From a bacterium (GTDB taxonomy: Bacteria; Patescibacteriota; Patescibacteriia; Patescibacteriales; GWC2-42-12): a stretch of 64,000 nucleotides of DNA. A model generated the notes under the pieces. That model was not told the DNA's origin, did no database searches, and saw only the letters and a list, made by a program, of their open reading frames with translations. Shown here piece after piece: positions 8,823 to 17,178 of this stretch. Location: positions 28,717 through 92,716 of the forward strand of contig JAUSGE010000014.1 of NCBI GenBank assembly GCA_030649205.1, read 5' to 3'. The first letter of the stretch is position 1, and the number at the start of each line of letters is the position of its first letter. Position numbers and translations under genes: made by a program.

Positions 8823-9764
8823 ATGACAATTTTAATAACCGGCGGAGCCGGCTTTCTAGGCTCGCATTTGTGTGGGCGGCTACTCTTGGCTGGCAATCGG
8901 GTTATTTGCCTGGATAATTTTTTTACCGGCAATAAAAAAAATATTGAGCCATGGCTCGGCAAGGAAAATTTCAGCTTGATTCAACATGATATTATTGAGC
9001 CGTTTTTTATTTCGGAAAAAATTGATCAGATTTATAATCTGGCTTGTCCGGCTTCGCCGGTTCATTATCAGGCTAATCCGATAAGAACGGTTAAGGCTAA
9101 CACCATCGGCGTGATCAATGTTCTGGGGCTGGCCAAAAAGCATAGCGCCAGAATTCTGCAGGCCTCAACTTCCGAAGTCTATGGCGATCCGGCCGAGCAT
9201 CCGCAAACGGAAAGCTATCGGGGCAACGTTAATTGCGCCGGCTCTCGGTCTTGTTACGACGAGGGCAAGCGCGTGGCCGAAACATTATTTTTTGATTATT
9301 GGCGCGAGCATAAAGCGGATATCAGGGTGGCAAGGATTTTTAACACTTACGGCCCGAATATGTCCGCCGATGACGGACGGGTAGTGTCTAATTTTATCAC
9401 GCAAGCGCTGAAAAATGATGACATAACCATTTACGGCGACGGCGGACAAACCAGAAGTTTTCAGTATGTTGACGATTTGATTGACGGTCTGATTAAGATG
9501 ATGGAAAATCAATCGGGCTTTATCGGGCCGGTGAATTTGGGCAATCCGGAAGAATTTACCATTAAGCGGCTGGCGGACGAAATTATAAAGCTAATTCCTG
9601 AAAGCAAAAGCAAAATTGTTTATAGAAGCCTGCCCGAGGATGATCCGCGGCAAAGAAAGCCGGACATCAGCCTGGCTAAGGAAAAATTGGGCTGGCAGCC
9701 GCGGGTTGAGCTGGAAGAAGGATTGAAAAAGACGATTGAATATTTTAGAAAAATAATAAAATGA
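8823..9764 (+). CDS. uxs: UDP-glucuronate decarboxylase (UDP-xylose synthase)
   Basis: [58 protein letters not shown]. Confidence 0.92.
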   Translation: MTILITGGAGFLGSHLCGRLLLAGNRVICLDNFFTGNKKNIEPWLGKENFSLIQHDIIEPFFISEKIDQIYNLACPASPVHYQANPIRTVKANTIGVINVLGLAKKHSARILQASTSEVYGDPAEHPQTESYRGNVNCAGSRSCYDEGKRVAETLFFDYWREHKADIRVARIFNTYGPNMSADDGRVVSNFITQALKNDDITIYGDGGQTRSFQYVDDLIDGLIKMMENQSGFIGPVNLGNPEEFTIKRLADEIIKLIPESKSKIVYRSLPEDDPRQRKPDISLAKEKLGWQPRVELEEGLKKTIEYFRKIIK

Positions 9765-10915
9765 TGAATATTATAATTTTTTCCACCGCTTATCTGCCTT
9801 TTTGGGGCGGGGCTGAAATCGCGGTTAAAGAACTGACGGACAGGATCGGCGGCTGTGAATTTGACCTGATTACTGCCCGCTTGGACAGGCGCCTGCCGAA
9901 ATTTGAAAGATTGGGGCGGGTGAATGTTTATAGAGTTGGCCTGGGCTGGAGGCCGGACAAATTTTTACTGCCATTTTTAGGCTTATGGCAGGCGCTCCGC
10001 CTGGATAAATCGTGTCATTATCAGATTATTTTTTCTTTGATGGCCAGTCAGGCGTCAATCGCCGCGGCTTGGTTTAAAATGCTCTGTCCTGAAAAAAAAC
10101 TGCTGCTTAATCTGCAGGAAGGGGACGAGGAGGAGCATCTTAAAAGATACGCGCTGGGCAGTGATTGGCTGTACAATCGGCTGATCAAGCCTTGGCATTT
10201 GCTGGTTTTTAAAAAAGCGGATTTGGTGGTCGCCATCAGCGGCTATTTAAAACAGCGGGCGCAGGCGAGTGGCGTGAAATGTGAAATTGAGGTAGTACCG
10301 AACGGAGTGAACATGGCGAATTACGAATTACGAATTACGAATTACGAATTACGAAAAAAACTAGGGATCGGCGATAAGGAAAAAGTTGTTATTACCGTTT
10401 CCAGGCTGGTGAAAAAAAACGGGGTGGAGTATTTAATTGAAGCTATGCGCTATTTGCCGGAGAATGTTAAATTGATAATTATTGGAAGCGGTGAATTAGA
10501 ATTAAATCTAAAATCTAAAATCGCAAATCTAAAATTAGCTGGTCGGGTGCTAATGCTAGGTGAAATTGGAAATCAATCCATTCCTGAATACTTGTCCGCG
10601 GCCGATGTCTTCGTGCGGCCGTCTTTATCCGAGGGGCAGGGGATTTCTTTTTTGGAAGCCATGGCCGCGGGCGTGCCCATAATCGGCACGCCGGTCGGAG
10701 GCATTCCTGACTTTTTGCGCGATGGCGAGACCGGACTATTCTGTAAGGCAAACAATCCCCAAAGCATTGCTGAACAGGTGAAAGCATTATTGAACAATAA
10801 AGAGCTGGCCGATAAAATAACAGCCAGCGCGCTCCGGCTGGTGAAAGAGAAGTATGATTGGAACTTTATTTCCGAAAAATATGCAAAAATTTTCCATTGT
10901 TATTCCGGTATATAA
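9761..10915 (+). CDS. GT4 family glycosyltransferase with internal heptamer repeats
   Basis: [26 protein letters not shown]. Confidence 0.9.
   Translation: MMNIIIFSTAYLPFWGGAEIAVKELTDRIGGCEFDLITARLDRRLPKFERLGRVNVYRVGLGWRPDKFLLPFLGLWQALRLDKSCHYQIIFSLMASQASIAAAWFKMLCPEKKLLLNLQEGDEEEHLKRYALGSDWLYNRLIKPWHLLVFKKADLVVAISGYLKQRAQASGVKCEIEVVPNGVNMANYELRITNYELRKKLGIGDKEKVVITVSRLVKKNGVEYLIEAMRYLPENVKLIIIGSGELELNLKSKIANLKLAGRVLMLGEIGNQSIPEYLSAADVFVRPSLSEGQGISFLEAMAAGVPIIGTPVGGIPDFLRDGETGLFCKANNPQSIAEQVKALLNNKELADKITASALRLVKEKYDWNFISEKYAKIFHCYSGI
10317..10355 (+). repeat. Perfect intragenic tandem repeat (CGAATTA)x5 + CGAA
   Basis: Read directly from the sequence. Encodes [13 protein letters not shown]. 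Confidence 0.95.
10504..10535 (+). repeat. Intragenic heptamer repeat (AAATCTA)-type x4
   Basis: AAATCTA AAATCTA AAATCGC AAATCTA AAAT. Encodes [10 protein letters not shown]. Confidence 0.75.
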
Positions 10916-11579
10916 TGAAAAAAACACTATTTTAGAAATTTTAAAGCGAATTGAAGCGGTTGAATTGCCGCTGGCAAAAGAAATTATCTTTGTAGACGAC
11001 GGTTCGACCGATGGCACGCGGGAAATTTTAAAAAGTTTGCCGCCCGATAAATATAAAATATTTTATCAGCCGGAAAACCGGGGCAAGGGCGCGGCCGTGC
11101 GCCGGGGCTTTAGCCAAGCTACGGGTGATGTAATTATCATGCAGGACGCTGATTTAGAGTATGACCCCGAAGATTACCTTAAACTAATCAAACCAATAAT
11201 GGACGGCAAAGCCGACGTGGTCTACGGTTCCAGATTAACCGGCTCCGAGGCGCATCGGGTTTTATATTTTTGGCATTCAGCCGCCAATAAATTTTTAACC
11301 ACCCTGGCCAATATGTTCAGCGACCTGAATTTAAGCGATATGGAAACCGGCTATAAAGTTTTTTCGCGCGCCGCCTGGGAAAAAATTTCACCGCGTTTAA
11401 TTTCTAATCGCTTCGGCATTGAACCGGAGATTACCGTCTTGGTGGGCAAAAATAAATTGCGAGTTTACGAGGTCGGCATAACTTACGCCGGCCGGACTTA
11501 TGAAGAAGGAAAAAAAATCGGCTGGCGCGACGGCTTGGCCGCGCTTTGGCACATTATTAGATTTGGCGTCAGGAAATAG
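10881..11579 (+). CDS. GT2, DPM1/GtrB-like polyprenyl-phosphate glycosyltransferase
   Basis: [51 protein letters not shown]. Confidence 0.9.
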   Translation: MQKFSIVIPVYNEKNTILEILKRIEAVELPLAKEIIFVDDGSTDGTREILKSLPPDKYKIFYQPENRGKGAAVRRGFSQATGDVIIMQDADLEYDPEDYLKLIKPIMDGKADVVYGSRLTGSEAHRVLYFWHSAANKFLTTLANMFSDLNLSDMETGYKVFSRAAWEKISPRLISNRFGIEPEITVLVGKNKLRVYEVGITYAGRTYEEGKKIGWRDGLAALWHIIRFGVRK

Positions 11580-11583
11580 AAAC

Positions 11584-13131
11584 ATGATGAATTTTTTACG
11601 AAAATATAAACAAATAATTAAATATTTTATCGCCGGCGGCGCGGCCGCGGCGGTTGATTTAGGTTTGTTGTATTTTCTGACCGATATTTTAGGAATTTGG
11701 TATTTAATTTCTACCAGTTTGGCTTTTGCCGCCGCGTTTTTCGTCAGTTTCTTTTTGCAGAAGTTTTGGACTTTTAGGGATCCCGATCAAACTGTAATAT
11801 ATAAGCAGCTGGCAACATACTTAGCCGTGGCTTTGGTCAATTTTACCCTAAACGCCGCCTTGATGTATATTCTGGTTGACGGCTTTAAGATTTGGTACCT
11901 GCTGGCGCAGTTTTTGGCAAGCGGTTTAATTGCCGGTGAAAGCTACTTTATTTATAAGTTTGTAATTTTTAATAAAAAGTCAGCCGGAGAAATAACTAAG
12001 CCAAGAGTGTTGATTGCCACCGGCATCTACCCGCCGGATATTGGAGGACCGGCGACTATGCTGGAAGCCTTGGCCAGTTCCTTATCTCGGCTGGGTTTTA
12101 GCGTGCAAACGATCACTTACGCGGAGCAAACTGCGCCGGGACAAGTTTATAGAATTTCCAGGGCGCAAAATAAAGCGTCCCGCTATGCTAAATATTTTTG
12201 GCGGTTGTGGCTTTTGTCGCGCCGGGCGGATATTCTGTATGTTACCGATACTTATAGCGTGGGCTATTTTGCTTATTTGATAAAAAAGCTAACCGGCAAA
12301 AAATATATAATTCGTTTTGCCGGCGATAGCGCTTGGGAGATGGCGGCGGGCGCCGGCTGGATTGAGGATTATATAACGGATTTTCAAAATATTAAATATG
12401 ACAGGCGCATAGAAAGATTAAAGGCGCGCCGAAAAAAAATATTGGTTAAGGCGGATAAAGTTATAGCGGTCAGCGATTTTATGGCCAAGCTGGCGAAAAT
12501 TATCGGTGTCAGAGAAGAAAAAATAACCGTAATTTACAATGCCGTGGATTTTTTCCCCGCTTCGCCAAAGCGCCAAATTCCGTTAAATCCGACCTTGGTT
12601 TATGCCGGCAGGTTAGTTCCTTGGAAGGGCGTGTCCATGCTGATTCGGGCAGTTCAAGAATTAAAAAACCATCGGCCAAATATAATTTTTGAAATAATAG
12701 GCGATGGACCAGAAGAAGTTAAACTTAAAAAATTGGCTTATAATTTCGGGCTGGCTGAAAATGTGATATTTCGCGGCCGGGTAAGAGAGGAAGAGAGTCA
12801 CGAAATTTTTGCCCGTTCTACCATTTTCGTTTTAAATACTAATTACGAAGGCTTGCCGCATTCGGTTTTAAACGCCATGCGCGCCGGTTTGCCCGTGATT
12901 GCGACGCCGATTGACGGTAACCTGGAAGTCGTCGAGGATCAAGTAAATGGATTGCTGGCGCCGTATAATAAACTGGCGGATTGGATAATTGCGATAAATA
13001 AATTGCTGAATAATCAGGGCCTGCAGCAAAAATTTTCTAAAAACGGTCTGGAAACCATAGCCAGATTCAAATGGAGCGAAGTGGTGGAAAAAACTTCGGC
13101 TTTAATCATCCGCAGTTTTGGTGAAAAATAA
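11584..13131 (+). CDS. GtrA-like flippase domain fused to GT4 glycosyltransferase
   Basis: N-terminal 4-TM GtrA pattern (IKYFIAGG..AAVDLG, SFFLQKFWTF). C-terminal YPPDIGGPAT, AGRLVPWKG, EGLPHSVLNAM. Confidence 0.85.
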   Translation: MMNFLRKYKQIIKYFIAGGAAAAVDLGLLYFLTDILGIWYLISTSLAFAAAFFVSFFLQKFWTFRDPDQTVIYKQLATYLAVALVNFTLNAALMYILVDGFKIWYLLAQFLASGLIAGESYFIYKFVIFNKKSAGEITKPRVLIATGIYPPDIGGPATMLEALASSLSRLGFSVQTITYAEQTAPGQVYRISRAQNKASRYAKYFWRLWLLSRRADILYVTDTYSVGYFAYLIKKLTGKKYIIRFAGDSAWEMAAGAGWIEDYITDFQNIKYDRRIERLKARRKKILVKADKVIAVSDFMAKLAKIIGVREEKITVIYNAVDFFPASPKRQIPLNPTLVYAGRLVPWKGVSMLIRAVQELKNHRPNIIFEIIGDGPEEVKLKKLAYNFGLAENVIFRGRVREEESHEIFARSTIFVLNTNYEGLPHSVLNAMRAGLPVIATPIDGNLEVVEDQVNGLLAPYNKLADWIIAINKLLNNQGLQQKFSKNGLETIARFKWSEVVEKTSALIIRSFGEK

Positions 13132-13143
13132 ATTATTGGATTT

Positions 13144-14592
13144 ATGAATAATAGATTATTATTAGTCAACCCGCCGTTTAATGTCGCCAAAGACAATTAC
13201 GACAGCTCGGTATCGGTCGGTTTATTAAGCCTGGCCACCTATTTGGACTGGCGCGGCGTGCCGGTAAAACTTATTGATGGCGTCCGGCAGAAAGATTTTT
13301 TAAAAATTTTTCAACAGGCAGCCGCCGCGAGCGACTTAATTTGTTTTTCCGTTATGACCATGCAGATACCGCAAGCGCTGGAATTATCCGAGCTGGCAAA
13401 AGAGATTAATCCGCAAAGCAAAATTATCTGGGGCGGCGCTCATCCGACTTTTTTCCCGGAACAAACAGCCAGGCATAGCCTGATTGACGCGGTGGTAATA
13501 GGCGATGGCGAGTATGTTATTTTTGATTTGTTTAACGAGCCGGACTGGCAAAAAGTTAACGGCATCGCTTATAAAAAGGGCGGGGAAGTCGTAATTAATT
13601 CTCGGCAAAAGCCGCTTGATCCTAAAACCATGCCGCTGTTTAACTGGGAACTTGAGCCCAGAGAAATACTGGAAAATTTGAGTTTAATCCCGACGCTCAC
13701 TTCCCGCGGCTGTCCTCATCGCTGCGCTTTCTGCATCAACGCCATTCTAAAAAATAGCTGGCGCGCCAGAACCGTTGATCAGGTATTGGAAGATTTAAAG
13801 ATCATAAGCGGCAAGGATTATTTCGCGGGCAAGCCTTTAAGATTTTGGGACGAAAATTTTTTTGTTGACATTAGGCGGGCTAAAGCCATAGTTAATGGCA
13901 TGATTGAGCGCGGGCTTGAGCGGCCCTGGGAGACGACCGTGCGGGCTAATTATATCAGCGCGGCCATGGTTGACGATAATTTTATGGGAAAAATGAAGCA
14001 GTCAGGCTGTTATCTTTTATCGTTCGGCGCCGAATCCGGCTCGCAAATTGTTTTGGATAAAATTAAAAAAGACATAACGCCCGAGCAGATTATTTATGCC
14101 GCCAAGCAATGCCTAAAGCACAAGATTATTCCGCAGTTTTCTTTTATGGTGGGGCTTCCCGGAGAATTAAAGCAAGACATGAAATTAACCGTAAAATTGA
14201 TAGATAAATTGATTAAGTTAAGCGACCAGGTGCAGATTTTAGGCCCGCAGGCGTTTCGGCCTTACCCCGGGTCGGAGTTATACCTGGAATGCGTAGCTTC
14301 GGGCTGGAGCGCTCCCGAAACGCTTCCGGCCTGGAGCCATTTGGTAAAAAATCAGCTGAATTATTTGCAAGTGAAGAACTTTAACTGGGTTAAGCACAAG
14401 GATTTTGTTGATTCCATGGAAGCCTACGTGCGCTTCGGCGCGCATAGTATTAAAAGCGCCATGGGGTCGTCGGTTAAAGCGAGAAAGTTTATTAAATTAG
14501 CTTTTGTTTTAATCTGCCAGCTAAGATGGAAATTAAAATTTTTCGCCTGGCCGTTTGAATTCAAACTGGCGAAAAAATTTGTGACGAAATGA
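13144..14592 (+). CDS. Cobalamin-binding radical SAM protein (class B) #1
   Basis: LLLVNPP, GGAHPT, GDGE, SRGCPHRCAFC, DENF, GAESGS, PYPGS. Confidence 0.9.
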   Translation: MNNRLLLVNPPFNVAKDNYDSSVSVGLLSLATYLDWRGVPVKLIDGVRQKDFLKIFQQAAAASDLICFSVMTMQIPQALELSELAKEINPQSKIIWGGAHPTFFPEQTARHSLIDAVVIGDGEYVIFDLFNEPDWQKVNGIAYKKGGEVVINSRQKPLDPKTMPLFNWELEPREILENLSLIPTLTSRGCPHRCAFCINAILKNSWRARTVDQVLEDLKIISGKDYFAGKPLRFWDENFFVDIRRAKAIVNGMIERGLERPWETTVRANYISAAMVDDNFMGKMKQSGCYLLSFGAESGSQIVLDKIKKDITPEQIIYAAKQCLKHKIIPQFSFMVGLPGELKQDMKLTVKLIDKLIKLSDQVQILGPQAFRPYPGSELYLECVASGWSAPETLPAWSHLVKNQLNYLQVKNFNWVKHKDFVDSMEAYVRFGAHSIKSAMGSSVKARKFIKLAFVLICQLRWKLKFFAWPFEFKLAKKFVTK

Positions 14593-16031
14593 ATAAAATA
14601 ATTTTGATTCATATCAACCATTCAGAAGACCATTCGGAAAAAATATTGCCGCTTGGCATTTTATCCGTGGGCAGCGCTTTAAAAAAGCATGGCTTCGGTG
14701 CTGAACTTATAAATATTAATGAAACGGAAATAGATCGGACCGTAGATTACGTGGCTGAACAAAATCCATTATACGCGGGTTTTTCCGTGATGACCGGACG
14801 GCAAACAATGCATAGCGCGAAAATGTCAAAAAAATTAAAAGAGCGCGCTAATATTAAAATAATGTGGGGCGGCATCCATCCGTCGCTTTTGCCCGAGCAA
14901 TGCTTGAGCGAAAGCTACATTGATTTTGTCATCTCCGGAGAAGGGGAGGAAACCGCCGTTGAATTTTCCCGCAAACTGCAATCTGGCGAGCCGTTGGCTG
15001 ATATTTTAGGCTTGGGCTATAAAAGCGGCGGCGCGGTTAAAATCAACCCGCCCCGCCCGATGATAAAAAATTTGGATGACTGGCCGCTTGATTTCAGTTT
15101 GCTTGATTTGGAGAAATACATCTTCAGATTGGATAAATTTAAGCGGGTAATCGCTTATAAAGCCAGCCGCGGCTGCCCCTTTAATTGCGCTTTTTGCTAT
15201 AATCGCGCTTTCAATCAAAGCCGCTGGCGTGCTTGGTCGATTGATCTGGTCGTCTCGGATATTGAATATTTAAAGAAAAATTATAAAATTGACGCTGTAA
15301 AATTTTACGATGATAATTTTTTTGTGGATAAAAATCGCGCTTTGGAAATTTTAAGGCGGATTGGCTTGCCGGCGCACCTGGAAGTAAGAATTGATATGAT
15401 TGACGATTCCATAGCCCGGGCGCTTAAAGAATGCCAAGTTTTTGATTTGCTAATCGGCATTGAATCGGGCAGCGACCGGCTGCTAAAATTAATTAATAAA
15501 AATTTTACGGTTGAACGATTGATTGCCGGAGTAAAAATATTGGCCAAATATGACGTGCCGGCCAGCTATTCGGTTATCGTGGGATTGCCGACCGAGACTA
15601 AAGAAGAATTTGAAGCTACGATTGATTTATTGTATAAAATTTATAAAATTCATCCGCGCGCCGCGGCTTTTTCTCTGGGCGCTTATATGCCGTATCCCGG
15701 GTCGCTAATGTACGACTTTGCCATTAATGAGGGCTTTAAGCCGCCGGAGAAAACCGAGAATTGGGGCAGAATCGACAGGTTTAGAAAAGACTTTTCCACG
15801 CCCTGGACGGATGGAGCGCGGGTCTGGCGCATTCGCGAATATTTTAAGCTGTTAAAGTTAAAATTAGGCCCGATGAATAAATGGTTTGAGCTTAGAATTA
15901 AACATAGATGGTTCGCCCTGCCGTTAGACATTTATTTAATAGAATATTTAGCCGGCGCGGCCATTGAAGAAAAAAGCCGGGCAGGTAAAATTATGAGAAA
16001 AATTTATAATTTAATGAAAAATAAATTATGA
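14589..16031 (+). CDS. Cobalamin-binding radical SAM protein #2
   Basis: PLGILS, GGIHPS, GEGE, SRGCPFNCAFC, DDNF, GIESGS, PYPGS. Confidence 0.9.
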   Translation: MNKIILIHINHSEDHSEKILPLGILSVGSALKKHGFGAELININETEIDRTVDYVAEQNPLYAGFSVMTGRQTMHSAKMSKKLKERANIKIMWGGIHPSLLPEQCLSESYIDFVISGEGEETAVEFSRKLQSGEPLADILGLGYKSGGAVKINPPRPMIKNLDDWPLDFSLLDLEKYIFRLDKFKRVIAYKASRGCPFNCAFCYNRAFNQSRWRAWSIDLVVSDIEYLKKNYKIDAVKFYDDNFFVDKNRALEILRRIGLPAHLEVRIDMIDDSIARALKECQVFDLLIGIESGSDRLLKLINKNFTVERLIAGVKILAKYDVPASYSVIVGLPTETKEEFEATIDLLYKIYKIHPRAAAFSLGAYMPYPGSLMYDFAINEGFKPPEKTENWGRIDRFRKDFSTPWTDGARVWRIREYFKLLKLKLGPMNKWFELRIKHRWFALPLDIYLIEYLAGAAIEEKSRAGKIMRKIYNLMKNKL

Positions 16032-17146
16032 ATTTATTAGTTATAAATTTGGATAAAGCGATTTTTTCTAAAAATTCCGCTAGTCTTGAAAGGCTTAAGG
16101 AGTATAGCGAGCTGACGGATAAGATGTTTGTTATTGTTTGGACAAAAAATAAAGAGCAAATGATAGTTTATAATAATAAATTGTTTATTTATCCCACCAA
16201 CTCTTGCTGCCGGCTGTTCTATTATTTTGCTTCGCTTGGAATCGCCGGAAAAATATTGAAACATGAAAAAATTGATTTAATTTTTACCCAAGATCCTTTT
16301 GAAACCGGCTTGGCCGGCTGGCTGATCGCCAAAATTTATAAGATTAAATTACAACTGCAAATTCACACGGATATTTTTAGCCCTTATTTTGAGCTTGAAT
16401 CTTTAGCCAATAAATTAAGGGTTTTGCTGGGAAAATTTTTAATAAAAAGAGCTGACAGTTTCAGGGTGGTAAGCCGAAGAATAAAAGAATCTTTAGTTAA
16501 ATTAAGCGTACCGGCGGAAAAAATTTTTGTATTTCCGATTTTTACCGATTTTAAAAAAAATGCCGGCCAGCCAATAAGAAGCGATTTAAAAAGTAAATAT
16601 CCGCGCTTTAATTTTATAGTTTTAATGATATGCCGCCTAAGTCCGGAAAAAAATATTCCCCTGGCCATCAGCGCCATGGCTGACATCGTAAGGCTTCGTC
16701 CCGGCGCCGGCCTGGTAATCATCGGTTCCGGCCGAGAGAGCGAGGAAATAATTAAATTTGGAAAAAATAAATTAGGAGGCATGATGGTTTGGGAAAAATG
16801 GACCGATGATCCGGTTTCGTATTATAAAAGCGCCGATTTATTTTTACTGACTTCTAATTATGAAGGCTGGAGTTTGGCCGTAATTGAAGCCGCTAGTTTC
16901 GGCCTGCCGATTATTATGACTGATGTGGGCTGCGCCGGCGAAGCGATTAAAAACGGCGAAAGCGGCATGATAATACCGGTTGGCAATAAAGAAAAATTAG
17001 TTGAAGTCTTGTTAAAAATTATTGAAGATGAAAATTTAAGGAAAAAATTAGGAGCAAACGCTAAATTGGCGGTAAACCGGCTGCCGAACAAAGAGCAGAC
17101 ATTGAATTTATATAAAATTTCTTGGCAAAAAGCCGTTTTAAAATAA
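16028..17146 (+). CDS. GT4 family glycosyltransferase
   Basis: QDPFETG, RLSPEKN, EGWSLAVIEAA. Confidence 0.88.
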   Translation: MNLLVINLDKAIFSKNSASLERLKEYSELTDKMFVIVWTKNKEQMIVYNNKLFIYPTNSCCRLFYYFASLGIAGKILKHEKIDLIFTQDPFETGLAGWLIAKIYKIKLQLQIHTDIFSPYFELESLANKLRVLLGKFLIKRADSFRVVSRRIKESLVKLSVPAEKIFVFPIFTDFKKNAGQPIRSDLKSKYPRFNFIVLMICRLSPEKNIPLAISAMADIVRLRPGAGLVIIGSGRESEEIIKFGKNKLGGMMVWEKWTDDPVSYYKSADLFLLTSNYEGWSLAVIEAASFGLPIIMTDVGCAGEAIKNGESGMIIPVGNKEKLVEVLLKIIEDENLRKKLGANAKLAVNRLPNKEQTLNLYKISWQKAVLK

Positions 17147-17178
17147 CTTTATAAATTAGCCGGATAAATTTTTATAGT

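Noticed and set aside
10317-10355. Possible CRISPR array
   Set aside because: Short contiguous heptamers without spacers, and no cas genes in the window.
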